Below are positions 37,916 to 47,912 of a stretch of DNA of 64,000 nt, piece by piece. The first letter of the stretch is position 1; every line of letters begins with the position of its first letter. The stretch is taken from NCBI GenBank assembly GCA_964397435.1, contig CAYNHU010000001.1:209-64208 (forward strand). Reading direction: 5' to 3'. Made by a program: the position numbers and the translations under genes. The DNA is from an uncultured Candidatus Saccharibacteria bacterium. GTDB taxonomy: Bacteria; Patescibacteriota; Minisyncoccia; Phycocordibacterales; UBA9973. Below the pieces are notes generated by a model. The model saw only the letters and a program-made list of their open reading frames with translations. It was not told the origin of the DNA and did no database searches.

Positions 37916-39379
37916 ATGCCAGACGTGCGTGAAATTATTGATCGTCTCCCTTCTCCTCCTAAAGAGGATGTCGACCTTATTGTTAAGGCGTACCATTTTG
38001 CGCAAAAAGCACACGAAGGCCAGCAACGCAAAAGTGGCGAGCCGTATTTCATTCACGTTTTTGCAACAGCACGAAATCTTGCCGATCTTGAAATGAGTCC
38101 AATAGTCATTGCGGCTGGTTTTTTACATGACACTATCGAAGACACTGATGTCACTGCAAAAGACATTGAACGCGAATTCGGCAAAGAAATTCTTGATCTC
38201 GTAAAAGGCGTTACCAAGCTCGGTACCTTGAAATACAAGGGTGTTGAACGTAATGTTGAGAATCTCCGAAAATTCTTTGTCTCAATGGCAGCAGACTTTC
38301 GTGTGATCATCATTAAACTCTGTGATCGACTTCACAACGTGCAAACACTCGAACACATCAATCCTGACAAGCAGCGCCGTATTGCCCTTGAAACACTCGA
38401 AATTTACGCTCCGCTTGCGAACCGTTTGTCTATGGGTAAACTTCGCGGCAAATTAGAAGATGCTGCGTTCCCATTTGCATTTCCAAAAGAATACGAGCAT
38501 GTTAAACAACTCCTCGCGGAACGCAAAGATGCTGATGAACAGTATTTGAGTGAGTTTGAAACTGTACTCAAAGGCAAACTCAAAGAGGCTCGCCTCTCAG
38601 TTGTTCGCATGGATCATCGAGTTAAACATTTGTATTCTCTCTGGAAAAAACTCGAGAAGTACAACGGCGACATCAACAAAGTATACGATATCATGGCGCT
38701 TCGCATCATTGTTAAATCAGTTGAAGACTGTTATCAGATTCTCGGTATCATTCACGGCTCATGGCATCCACTTCCAGGAAAAATCAAAGATTACATCGCC
38801 CTTCCAAAACCAAACGGCTACCGCAGTCTTCATACAACTGTGTTGACTGGTACTGGAGGTATCGTTGAAGTGCAAATTCGTACAGAAGAAATGCATATTG
38901 AAGCAGAATACGGTATTGCGGCGTACTATGCGTACAAGGAACATATCAAACTCGATCGTAAAGATGTGCGCAAACAATATGAATGGATTGAGCATTTGAA
39001 AGATGCTCAGAAAAACATCACTGACACTGAACAATTTTTTGATTCCCTTAAAATGGATTTCTTTAAAAATCGAGTGTTTGCCTTTACTCCCAAGGGAGAC
39101 GTTATTGATTTACCAGAAGGCGCATCTATCGTTGATTTTGCTTACAACGTACACTCTGATATTGGAAACCACGCAACTGGTGCAAAAATCAATGGAAAAT
39201 ACGTTGCACTCGACACTAAATTACAAAACGGTGACATTTGTGAAATCGTTGTTCAGAAATCAGCAAAACCAAACTCAAAGTGGCTTGAATTTTCAAAAAC
39301 ATCTATTGCTCGAAACCGTATCAACAAACACCTAAAAACAAACTCGCTTGCTGCAAAATTCAAAGAGTTTTTAAAATAA
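37916..39379 (+). CDS. RelA/SpoT homologue (HD, synthetase, TGS; C-terminally short)
   Basis: RKSGEPYFIH, FLHDTIED, KDYI..PKPNGYRSLHT, EVQIRT, FTPKGD. Confidence 0.93.
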   Translation: MPDVREIIDRLPSPPKEDVDLIVKAYHFAQKAHEGQQRKSGEPYFIHVFATARNLADLEMSPIVIAAGFLHDTIEDTDVTAKDIEREFGKEILDLVKGVTKLGTLKYKGVERNVENLRKFFVSMAADFRVIIIKLCDRLHNVQTLEHINPDKQRRIALETLEIYAPLANRLSMGKLRGKLEDAAFPFAFPKEYEHVKQLLAERKDADEQYLSEFETVLKGKLKEARLSVVRMDHRVKHLYSLWKKLEKYNGDINKVYDIMALRIIVKSVEDCYQILGIIHGSWHPLPGKIKDYIALPKPNGYRSLHTTVLTGTGGIVEVQIRTEEMHIEAEYGIAAYYAYKEHIKLDRKDVRKQYEWIEHLKDAQKNITDTEQFFDSLKMDFFKNRVFAFTPKGDVIDLPEGASIVDFAYNVHSDIGNHATGAKINGKYVALDTKLQNGDICEIVVQKSAKPNSKWLEFSKTSIARNRINKHLKTNSLAAKFKEFLK

Positions 39380-39381
39380 GA

Positions 39382-40419
39382 CTAGAGACTAAAGCTCTTG
39401 ATATTGTAGAGATCTGAATCTTCTTCAGCTTGCTTAATCTCTTCTTTTGAGCGATCGTCGGTTGTGTTGATGCCTTCTGCTTTTGGTTCAACAGGAGTGT
39501 TTTCTGCTGCCATTGTTTGAATAGTCTGTACCGGAGTAATTCCCTGACTCTGCTCAAAACGTTCGAGCATGTTGATTTTCTGGGCACTTTCAAGACGGTT
39601 TGCTTCAACGAGTGAAACAATCGTACGGAGGTCGTCGTTTGAGAAGAAATCAATCGTAACTGAGCCGCCAATGTTACGTTTTTCAACGTGCACACGAGTG
39701 CCGAGTGTTTCTTGGAGTTTGTGTTCGATTTCAAGAATTTCTGGATCAACCAAATATTCCTTTTTGCGAACCTTGTCAGTTGCAATACGGCGTGCAATAC
39801 GTTCTGCTTCACGAACACTGATTTTTTTGTAGACGATTTCTTTGAACAATACGAGCTGCTCTTCTGGTCGATCATTCAACATCATGAGCGGACGTGTGTG
39901 ACCTTCACTGATTTTGCCTTCTGAAAGTGCATTAAGCATTTCTTCTGGGAGTTGCAACAAACGAAGTGTGTTAGCAACATACTCACGACTCTTACCTACC
40001 TTTTTACCGATGTCAGCATGTGAGAATTTGAATTCATCAACAAAGCGAAGGAACGCTCGTGCGCGTTCAACTGCATTGAGATCTTCACGTTGCAAGTTTT
40101 CAATGATAGCAAGTTCAAGTTTAGCCATTGCATCATCACCTGTACGAATGATTACAGGAACTTGTGGGATGCCAGCGAACTTTGATGCACGCAAACGACG
40201 TTCACCTGCGATCAATTCATATTCAACAACAAGGCCGCCATCTTCTTTGATGCGTTCTACGCGAGAAACAGTGAGTGGTTGCAAAACACCGTACTGACGA
40301 ATTGATTCTGCGAGGTCACGGAGTGGTCCTTCTTCGAATTCACGACGAGGTTGGTATGGGTTTGGGACAATTTTGTCGGTTTCGACAAAGAAAATTGAGT
40401 TTGAGTATAGTTCAGACAT
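39382..40419 (-). CDS. parB: ParB/Spo0J partition protein
   Basis: PNPYQPR, LIAGERRLRA, IENLQREDLN, LRLL; start reassigned to ATG 40419. Confidence 0.93.
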   Translation of the reverse strand: MSELYSNSIFFVETDKIVPNPYQPRREFEEGPLRDLAESIRQYGVLQPLTVSRVERIKEDGGLVVEYELIAGERRLRASKFAGIPQVPVIIRTGDDAMAKLELAIIENLQREDLNAVERARAFLRFVDEFKFSHADIGKKVGKSREYVANTLRLLQLPEEMLNALSEGKISEGHTRPLMMLNDRPEEQLVLFKEIVYKKISVREAERIARRIATDKVRKKEYLVDPEILEIEHKLQETLGTRVHVEKRNIGGSVTIDFFSNDDLRTIVSLVEANRLESAQKINMLERFEQSQGITPVQTIQTMAAENTPVEPKAEGINTTDDRSKEEIKQAEEDSDLYNIKSFSL

Positions 40420-40494
40420 GGGGCAATTGTAGCACACCTTTTCCGGACTGGAAATTGAAATTTTTGTGAATATTATGTAGAATACGTGGTACTT

Positions 40495-40576
40495 GCCCTG
40501 GTGGCGGAATTGGTAGACGCGCTCGACTCAAAATCGAGTATCGTAAGATGTGGGAGTTCGACTCTCCCCCGGGGCA
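40495..40576 (+). tRNA. tRNA-Leu(CAA)
   Basis: GCCCTGG...CCGGGGC-A; anticodon arm ctcga-ctcaaaa-tcgag; long variable arm. Confidence 0.95.
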
Positions 40577-40578
40577 CA

Positions 40579-41451
40579 ATGGAAAAACAAGCTATAACAA
40601 GGGTTTTAGTTATCCTTGGGCAAACTTCTACAGGAAAGAGTGATTTTGCTGTGGCGCTTGCGCGGAAACTCAAAAAAGACGGTGTCTATGCTGAAATTAT
40701 TTCGGCAGACTCGCGCCAAGTATACAAAGGACTCAATCTCCTTTCGGGTAAAATTACACAGCGAGAAATGGGTGGTATTCCACATCATCTTTTGGACGTG
40801 GCATCACCACGGAGTGTTTTTAGTGTTGCGCAGTTTCAGAAGCAAGCCGCGCGCGCCATCGCCGAAATCGGCGCGCGCGGCCACCTCCCCATCCTCGTTG
40901 GAGGCACTGGTTTCTATATTGATGCAGTGGTGTCAGGCACCGTGCTTCCAGAAGTTCCACCAAATCCACAACTCCGCGAAACACTCTCAAAACAGACAGT
41001 TGCAAAACTCTTTACTCAACTAAAGCAAAAAGATCCGGCTCGTGCAGAGACTATAGATCCAAACAACAAAGTTCGCATTATCCGCGCTCTTGAAATCGCA
41101 CACGCACTCGGAAAAGTACCGAGTGTCGCGACACAAAAAACTCCCTATGATGTCGTAAAAATCGGACTGGCCGTAGAAGACGAAGAACTCAAAGCGCGTA
41201 TTCATACTCGCCTTTTGAAACGAATCAAACAAGGCATGCTTACCGAAGCAAAAAAACTCCACGATTCAGGAGTCTCATGGAAACGCATGTATGAACTTGG
41301 TCTTGAAGCACGTTACGCCGCACTTCATCTCCAGGGAAAACTTTCAAAACAAGACATGCTCACACAGCTCGAAACAGCTATTTGGCACTATGCAAAACGC
41401 CAAAAAACATGGTTCAAACGAGACAAAACCATACGCTGGATTGAGGTGTAA
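40579..41451 (+). CDS. miaA: tRNA dimethylallyltransferase
   Basis: GQTSTGKS, EIISADSRQVY, VGGTGFY, YAKRQKTWF; ATG 2 nt after the tRNA. Confidence 0.95.
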   Translation: MEKQAITRVLVILGQTSTGKSDFAVALARKLKKDGVYAEIISADSRQVYKGLNLLSGKITQREMGGIPHHLLDVASPRSVFSVAQFQKQAARAIAEIGARGHLPILVGGTGFYIDAVVSGTVLPEVPPNPQLRETLSKQTVAKLFTQLKQKDPARAETIDPNNKVRIIRALEIAHALGKVPSVATQKTPYDVVKIGLAVEDEELKARIHTRLLKRIKQGMLTEAKKLHDSGVSWKRMYELGLEARYAALHLQGKLSKQDMLTQLETAIWHYAKRQKTWFKRDKTIRWIEV

Positions 41452-41456
41452 AAAAA

Positions 41457-42080
41457 CTAACTTTGTTTTTTGAGAATAAATCTCATCCACTTTTTGTCAT
41501 GGGTGTACGTTAAACTCACAAACTCGAACGGAAACGATGCGAGTATATTTCTAACTTCTTCCTCACTGTAATACTTAAAGTAACGAGGCATATCCATTTT
41601 TTCAGTACTCACTTCCTCGCCAGCACCTTCTTTCAAAGAGAATGCAAGAACCCCGTGCGGTTTAAGTAGTGTACTAATGGTCTGTACATTTTTTATAAAA
41701 TCAGCTTCTGTTGCGTGTACAAAAACTCCATTCGCATAAAAACCATCAAAAGCACCAATCCAAGATTGTGGTGGTGTTTCTCTAAAATCATAATATTCTG
41801 CTTCAAAACCATCCGCTTTGAGACGAGCAACGGCTTCATCAACAACATCAGTACAGAGAACCGTAATTCCCCGTTCTCGCAAAAACCGAGCATCTCTACC
41901 AGTCGCTGAACCAAATTCTAATACACGAGCATGTTCTGGTAATTCATGGATGAAAGCTTCGATCCACGCAGCAACTTCTGACCCAACCTGATTCGGTGTA
42001 CGCTCTTCGTACACGTCAAAACCCGAACGATATGTTTCAATTGTTAGATCATTATTATCAGCTGAATTTTGAGTAGTCAT
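41457..42080 (-). CDS. Class I SAM-dependent methyltransferase
   Basis: VLEFGSATGRDA, FDGFYANGVFVH, LKPHG; start at ATG 42080. Confidence 0.85.
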   Translation of the reverse strand: MTTQNSADNNDLTIETYRSGFDVYEERTPNQVGSEVAAWIEAFIHELPEHARVLEFGSATGRDARFLRERGITVLCTDVVDEAVARLKADGFEAEYYDFRETPPQSWIGAFDGFYANGVFVHATEADFIKNVQTISTLLKPHGVLAFSLKEGAGEEVSTEKMDMPRYFKYYSEEEVRNILASFPFEFVSLTYTHDKKWMRFILKKQS

Positions 42081-42088
42081 TACTTCTG

Positions 42089-42159
42089 CGGGCGATGAGG
42101 GAATCGAACCCCCGCCAATGGTTTTGGAGACCATTGTTCTGCCACTAAACTAATCGCCC
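42089..42159 (-). tRNA. tRNA-Trp(CCA)
   Basis: GGGCGAT...ATCGCCC-G; anticodon arm atggt-ctccaaa-accat. Confidence 0.95.
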
Positions 42160-42162
42160 AGA

Positions 42163-42190
42163 TGTCATGTGTCTTGTGTCTTGTGTCTTG
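42163..42190. repeat. Heptamer tandem repeat (TGTCTTG)x4, first unit variant
   Basis: tgtcatg tgtcttg tgtcttg tgtcttg. Confidence 0.8.
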
Positions 42191-42224
42191 TATGTGTCGC
42201 GTAGAACTGCGAAGCGCTACGAGA

Positions 42225-42260
42225 TATATAAAAAGCCAGCGTAAGCTGACTTTTTATATA
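42225..42260. terminator. Hairpin downstream of rpmG
   Basis: tatataaaaagccagc-gtaa-gctgactttttatata. Confidence 0.7.
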
Positions 42261-42289
42261 CTAGCAGAATACTAGCTGAAAATCTACTT

Positions 42290-42457
42290 TTATTTCTTGA
42301 CTTCCTTGAAGACAACGTGCTTTCGGAGCTTTTTATCGTACTTTTTGAGCTCAAGCTTACGAGGTGTACCTGTCTTTTTACTCTTCTTTGGGCGACGAGT
42401 CCAGATAGTCTGTTTTGTAGCTTTATTCTGTATTTTGACCAAATTATCTTGTGACAT
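42290..42457 (-). CDS. rpmG: 50S ribosomal protein L33 (Cys-free type)
   Basis: KLELKKYDKKLRKHVVFKEVK. Confidence 0.9.
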   Translation of the reverse strand: MSQDNLVKIQNKATKQTIWTRRPKKSKKTGTPRKLELKKYDKKLRKHVVFKEVKK

Positions 42458-42523
42458 ATGTGACCATAATACCAAAAAACCCGAAAAAAGCAAGTAGCAA
42501 GTATCCACCCTACGCTCTCTGGA

Positions 42524-43648
42524 CTACTTGGTATAGATACGTGGCACTTGGGTGGCGATTCGTGTTACCAGTTCGTAGTTAATCGTACCGGCATGAAGCG
42601 CAACCTCTTCGGCACTTAGAATCTCTGTTTTGTCTTTGCCAATCAACGTTACGGTATCTCCGATTCGTACATTTGGAATGTCGGTAATGTCGACAACCAT
42701 CATGTTCATCATGATGCGCCCGAGGATACGGGCGCGCTTGCCACGCACCAGTACAAATCCCCGATTACTTGCACTACGCGGATATCCATCAGAGTACCCA
42801 ACTGGCAAAACCGCAACCACACTATCTCGTGTCACCTGCTCTGTTAAATCATAGCCAACATAACTACCAGCAGGTAATCTTTTTACTTCATTGATATAGG
42901 TGTGCCATGAAAGTGCGGGTGTGAGTTTTACACCTTGTGCGCGAAGCGCAGTTTCATCCGATGGCCACAATCCATAAATACCAATACCGAAGCGAACCAT
43001 ATCAAGACCAAATTCTGGTGAAAGAAATATTCCAGCAGTAGCACTTGCATGCACGATTGGATGCACTCCAATTTCATGTAACATTTTTTTCCATTCAAAA
43101 ATTGCAGTTACTTGCGCAACTGTGTACGCATCATATCTACTCATTTCAGAAGCAGCGAAGTGTGTAGCAAGCCCAACAACAACACAGTGTTTGTTTCCAG
43201 CAATGAGTGCGAGCACTCGTGTACTATCAGCAAGCAAAAAGCCATCACGCCCGAGACCAGTATCAGTCATCAAGTGTATACGAACTGGTTTTGCATATTT
43301 CTTCTTTGCAATATGTGTCAGCAACTCAAATGTTGAAACAGCAAGCTCGAGATTATACGTAACTGCAAGAGCAACTTCTTCAGGTAAAATACTGCGCAGT
43401 ACGAGAACTGGAGTTTTGATCCCCGCTTTACGCAACAGCACTCCCTCTTGAATATCGAAAACCGCAAGATAGGTTGCTCCGCCTTCAATTGCTGCACGCG
43501 CAACAGGAGCAAGCCCGTGACCGTACGCGTCAGCTTTGACTACAGCGAGTGCTTGTACACGTGACGCGACTTGCTTTCGTAATGTGCGCATGTTTGCTCG
43601 AATCGCTTGAATTGAGACATGCACCGATGTTCGTAAATGTGTTTTCAT
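42524..43648 (-). CDS. alr: Alanine racemase
   Basis: AVVKADAYGHG, DTGLGRDG, VGYSDGY, GRIMMNM, TINYE. Confidence 0.95.
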   Translation of the reverse strand: MKTHLRTSVHVSIQAIRANMRTLRKQVASRVQALAVVKADAYGHGLAPVARAAIEGGATYLAVFDIQEGVLLRKAGIKTPVLVLRSILPEEVALAVTYNLELAVSTFELLTHIAKKKYAKPVRIHLMTDTGLGRDGFLLADSTRVLALIAGNKHCVVVGLATHFAASEMSRYDAYTVAQVTAIFEWKKMLHEIGVHPIVHASATAGIFLSPEFGLDMVRFGIGIYGLWPSDETALRAQGVKLTPALSWHTYINEVKRLPAGSYVGYDLTEQVTRDSVVAVLPVGYSDGYPRSASNRGFVLVRGKRARILGRIMMNMMVVDITDIPNVRIGDTVTLIGKDKTEILSAEEVALHAGTINYELVTRIATQVPRIYTK

Positions 43649-43651
43649 ATA

Positions 43652-46012
43652 TTAAAATCCTGTTGCGTTAATAATTGTTTCAAGTAATTCAAGTGGGTAG
43701 AGCGGTTTTGATTCTGCCAGTCCTTGGTGATACAGCACTGTTGACGGAGTAAGTCCGGGGAGCGTGTTAATTTCAATAACCGATATATTCCCTGTTCGTA
43801 ATTCAAGAAATGCGTCAATACGAGCATACCCGCGAATTCCGATCCGAGTAGCAACTTCGGTAATCAACTCCTGTGTTCGCGCAAGTACTTTTGGTTTTAT
43901 CAGTGAACGTGGTGGTGGCGTAATATTGACTCCCGTACCACCTTGAAATTTTTCTTCAACAGACAACACTGAACCTTCAGCAACAGTGATACTTGGCGCA
44001 AGTGCTCGAAGCGACGAACCGCGACGCTCAAGCACTCCGACAGTGACTTCAATCCAACCACTTTTGCGAACATGTTTGAGGGTATTACTTCGCATGCGAA
44101 TGACATCAGTGACAACATATGCTTCGAGTAATAATTCTTCAACACCATGCTGCGGCATTTCAACTTGTTCAAATTGCTGCGGAAATACACCTTTTGGTAT
44201 GTACGGTGCCTTGGTGTGAATGTACTCAACATACGTAGCCAAATCACGAGCGGATGTTAGCTGCACAATACCTGTCGAGCAACCATCACCACGCGGTTTG
44301 ACAATCAACGTTGGACTACCAATGCGCTCGGTATATGTGTTCCACTGTTTTTCATAATCAGTTGTATGTGAAAATGTTGCGTACTTTACTACCAGATGTT
44401 CAGGAACATTCACGCCAGCGATTTCAAATGCTTTAATTGTTTCATTGGTCTTCCATTTATCCATGCAAAGCGCAGATACTTCAGCGTTTGAGCCGTTGTA
44501 ACGCACCGCATGTGTAGTAAACAACTTTTGTAACGTACCATCCTCACCAATACCACCGTGGAGTGCAATAAACACAAATGGATTCCGTTTCGCAAATGTT
44601 TCAAGGTCATACCGCTCAGGAATAAAAAAGGATTCGGATGTATCACCAGCTTGTAATGCTAATTTGTGCTGCACTCGATCAGTTAACTCACGTAAACGTG
44701 TTATATGCTGCTCGGCTCGTTCAGCATTTGCGATAACTTCTTCGACGGTGTGATTTAGCACAAGCGCGTATGGAATTTTCCAGACGGAATGTTTGGTATC
44801 AAGAACATAGATAGTGGGTTTGTAGCGTTTTGACCGTCGCAATTTTAACCACACGTTTGTACCACTCATGAGAGAAACTTGGCGCTCTGCAGTTCCCCCG
44901 CCGCACAACACCGCAACAGGTTTTCGATCAGCAACTATTGGTTCTGGTTGGAGCAGCGGGAAGCCATGTCGGCGACACGCGTTATTGATGACATATCGAA
45001 GCACATCACGATGCGAGAAACCAATACGCGCCGCTTGCTGAAACAGAAAACTATTTTGTTCCATTCCTGAAATCGGATTAAAATCAGAAAACCAAATGTT
45101 TCCATCCGGAAGCACCCATCCATCAAAACGCGCAAAGTCACGCATGCCAAGCACGCTCCACAACTGCTCAGCTTGGATTTGAATTTTTTCAATAATCTCA
45201 TTTGAAAAACGAGGTGGGCAGTGATATGCAACTTGTCGTGTAGGTAAATATTTTTTACGAAAATCAAATACCTGATGTTCACTGTAATCAGCCTCAATTT
45301 CAGTTGGCATAATTGCTACACCTTGCCCAAACCGATTCTCAAGCAAAATAACTGTAAACTCGGTGCCCGTTGCGAATGGTTCAATGACAACACGAGTATC
45401 CATTCGTTTTGAGAAAATATACTGCGCGCGTTCGAGTGCTTCTTCGACGGTTGCTACAGAAAAAACACCGATGCTCGAACCACCAGTTGCTGGCTTAACT
45501 ATCGCTCGAGTAATGGCATGCTTTTTGAAAAATGCTTGCACGAGTTTTTTATGATCACGTCCATAAATTTTGAGTGCGAGTGATGGTAGTGTAAAAAAAC
45601 CGTGTTCAGCGATATATTCATTTGCTTTGTGCTTATCAAACACGCGTTTGCCCGCAATCTCTGGCGAGCCAACATGCGGGATATTATGTTTCGCAAGAAA
45701 TGCTTGGATGGTGCCATCTTCACCAAACGCTCCATGCATTGCAGGAAATACCAGTGTAACTTTTTTAAGTAGTGCGATGAGTGCACGTTCAGAAAGCGGC
45801 TTTCCTGTTTCAGCTAATTTAAAATCAAAATCAGATGGCGTGTTTGAATACAGCTGCGCCGGCGAAATCTGAAATGCTCGACGCTTTTGATCGAAATAAA
45901 TAGGAATAATCTCAACATCATCGCTGCGAACGTGATCGAGTACTGAACGTGCTGAGTTAAGTGAGATACCACGCTCAAGCGATGGACCGCCACAGAGGAC
46001 TGCAATTTTCAT
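43652..46012 (-). CDS. ddl: Tandem double-domain D-Ala--D-Ala ligase
   Basis: Two full Ddl units: GGPSLER/HGAFGEDG/VKPATGGSS and GGGTAER/HGGIGEDG/VKPRGDGCS/EINTLPG; operon with alr. Confidence 0.88.
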   Translation of the reverse strand: MKIAVLCGGPSLERGISLNSARSVLDHVRSDDVEIIPIYFDQKRRAFQISPAQLYSNTPSDFDFKLAETGKPLSERALIALLKKVTLVFPAMHGAFGEDGTIQAFLAKHNIPHVGSPEIAGKRVFDKHKANEYIAEHGFFTLPSLALKIYGRDHKKLVQAFFKKHAITRAIVKPATGGSSIGVFSVATVEEALERAQYIFSKRMDTRVVIEPFATGTEFTVILLENRFGQGVAIMPTEIEADYSEHQVFDFRKKYLPTRQVAYHCPPRFSNEIIEKIQIQAEQLWSVLGMRDFARFDGWVLPDGNIWFSDFNPISGMEQNSFLFQQAARIGFSHRDVLRYVINNACRRHGFPLLQPEPIVADRKPVAVLCGGGTAERQVSLMSGTNVWLKLRRSKRYKPTIYVLDTKHSVWKIPYALVLNHTVEEVIANAERAEQHITRLRELTDRVQHKLALQAGDTSESFFIPERYDLETFAKRNPFVFIALHGGIGEDGTLQKLFTTHAVRYNGSNAEVSALCMDKWKTNETIKAFEIAGVNVPEHLVVKYATFSHTTDYEKQWNTYTERIGSPTLIVKPRGDGCSTGIVQLTSARDLATYVEYIHTKAPYIPKGVFPQQFEQVEMPQHGVEELLLEAYVVTDVIRMRSNTLKHVRKSGWIEVTVGVLERRGSSLRALAPSITVAEGSVLSVEEKFQGGTGVNITPPPRSLIKPKVLARTQELITEVATRIGIRGYARIDAFLELRTGNISVIEINTLPGLTPSTVLYHQGLAESKPLYPLELLETIINATGF

Positions 46013-46137
46013 ACTTTTTGCAAAAATAATCTCACTAAAAAGCTAATAAAATCAAGCTAAAAAACAAAATACTACCTATAGTATATAAAATCATGCTTTT
46101 TTTGCAAGATAATTGGGGTGCAAAAAACAAAGAAAAA

Positions 46138-46164
46138 GCAGCGTGCGCCTTCGGCATACGCTGC
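46138..46164 (-). terminator. Intrinsic terminator
   Basis: gcagcgtgcgcc-ttc-ggcatacgctgc with a U-run on the minus strand. Confidence 0.6.
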
Positions 46165-46179
46165 ATAAAAAAATGAGAG

Positions 46180-47142
46180 TTACTTAATCTCTAGAAAGTC
46201 AATTTTGCGGTTATTCGCATACACTGGATTCAAGCTTGTACCCGCTTTGATAATCATCCGAACACTCGGATTTACTCCAGCAGGAAATGTTCTTAAAACA
46301 GTACAAGTTACCAGGTGTGGTTTATCACCTTGATGATAGTCCATGTTCGGTGTTCCCTGAAAAATTTCTCCTGTCGTTAGGCAATCAAATTTATAGTACA
46401 CACCTTCAGTATCTGCAGGATCAGCCCAGATATCAGCTTGGATAGTAATCCAAAATACAGAACTCGTGGTTGCATTACCAGGTAATGTATAGCTGGCGAC
46501 TGTGAAATCTGAATTCAGGTTTGTAGAAACTGTTGCAGTTTGCTCAAACGAACCCCAGCCAGAAACTAATCCTGTTGCACCTGTAGCACCAGTGGCACCA
46601 GTGACTCCAATGTTTCCTGTAGCGCCTGTGTTACCTATCGGATCTTGCGGGCCGGTAGGACCAGTGAGAATTGGCAACGTAAACGTTTGACCGTTACGCA
46701 AAACTACAACACCGTTGGGTAAAATAGTATCAATATCGTGCGCAGATTCTGCCGCATATAATGCATACGGCACACTCATAATTGGAGTAACACCCATAGC
46801 AACAGGTTGCCCTCCGCCGTTAATGTCGCACTCAACTAATAAATGTAAATCAGATTGCGCCCAATTGATACTACTAAATGTTTCAACAAGTGGTGTGCCT
46901 TTACCAATCCATGCCGTAAACAAACCAAATTGGTTTGTCATACAGGTATGTGTTTCAGAATATATCGGAAACGCTTGGTTGATACCATTCAGTATCGCAA
47001 ATTTAACCGGAATACTTTGGTTCACAATAGGATTGCCTGCCTCATCACGAGCGATAGCTTGGTAGTTAATCGCTTGTGGTGGTGGTGTTTGTGCAAAAAC
47101 GCCTGCAAAAATACAGGTGTTTTTTAGAAAAATGCCCCGCCC
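46180..47142 (-). pseudogene. 5'-truncated collagen-like exported protein
   Basis: Frame open to ~47142 (..AQTPPPQAINYQAIARDEAGNP..SVPYALYA..GxT collagen repeats) but no ATG or intact signal peptide after the upstream TAA. Confidence 0.6.
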
Positions 47143-47196
47143 TTAAGAGTATTACTCGTTTATCATACTCTGCATTAGTTGAGCTTTTTGAGCCCT

Positions 47197-47342
47197 TTAT
47201 TGCCAGAAGTTTCCTTTAATTGTTACGGTGCAATTATTTAAATCTATACAAAATCCCTTAATCTGTTTTGTTGTGTACGTAATGAAAGATGCTGCAAGTA
47301 AGAGTATTGCTATAAAGAAAAATATACCTAAAGTTTTTTCAT
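47197..47342 (-). pseudogene. Frameshifted signal-peptide-bearing gene fragment
   Basis: ATG AAA AAA then a shift in the A-run to TLGIFFFIAILLLAASFITY... Confidence 0.35.
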
Positions 47343-47382
47343 GTTTACATAATAACATAAGCATAATCTCTAGACTCTATCC

Positions 47383-47796
47383 CTATCTCAACACAAACAA
47401 AAAATCCCGTACAGGATTTTTTGTTTGGTGCAGCGTAGTAGCGGTTAACTGATCTTTCGTAATAAACCAAAACATTATAATAAGAAACGATAATGCAATA
47501 GTTGTTTTTTGAAAGGTAGTTAATTCTACGTGAAGCTTCTTTTGAAGAATTAATTTTGGAATGAGAACTAATGTGACTACCCAAACACTTGCAACGGCAG
47601 TCGTTAGACCGATATTAGCCGTGTAACTCCATCCGAGAGTCTTGGTATACATATAAAATGCAAGCGGAAAAGTAAACGAGATAATTATAAATGTGGCAGG
47701 AGGTGGCTGTACCTCCTCCCGTAAAATCTGGTAACAATACCAGAAACTGCCAGCCATCATGATGACTGCGGCAATCCAAACGGTTATGAGGTACAT
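47383..47796 (-). pseudogene. Probably 3'-truncated multi-TM membrane protein
   Basis: Four TM segments, then the frame runs into a terminator-like hairpin (47396-47427). Confidence 0.45.
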
Positions 47797-47874
47797 TCGA
47801 TCTCCTTTTTGTTTTTAACGAATTAGGCAAAATAGCCTAGGTAGATAGTAACATATTAAAATATGTTTGTCAAT

Positions 47875-47907
47875 ACAAAATACCCTTATTTAATAAGGGT
47901 ATTTTGT
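47875..47907. terminator. 16-bp perfect hairpin after tRNA-Tyr
   Basis: acaaaatacccttatt-t-aataagggtattttgt. Confidence 0.75.
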
Positions 47908-47912
47908 GAGTG

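Noticed and set aside
40486-40578. N-terminal extensions of miaA and of the 41457 methyltransferase (to 42134)
   Set aside because: They are translations through tRNA-Leu and tRNA-Trp; better starts are 40579 and 42080
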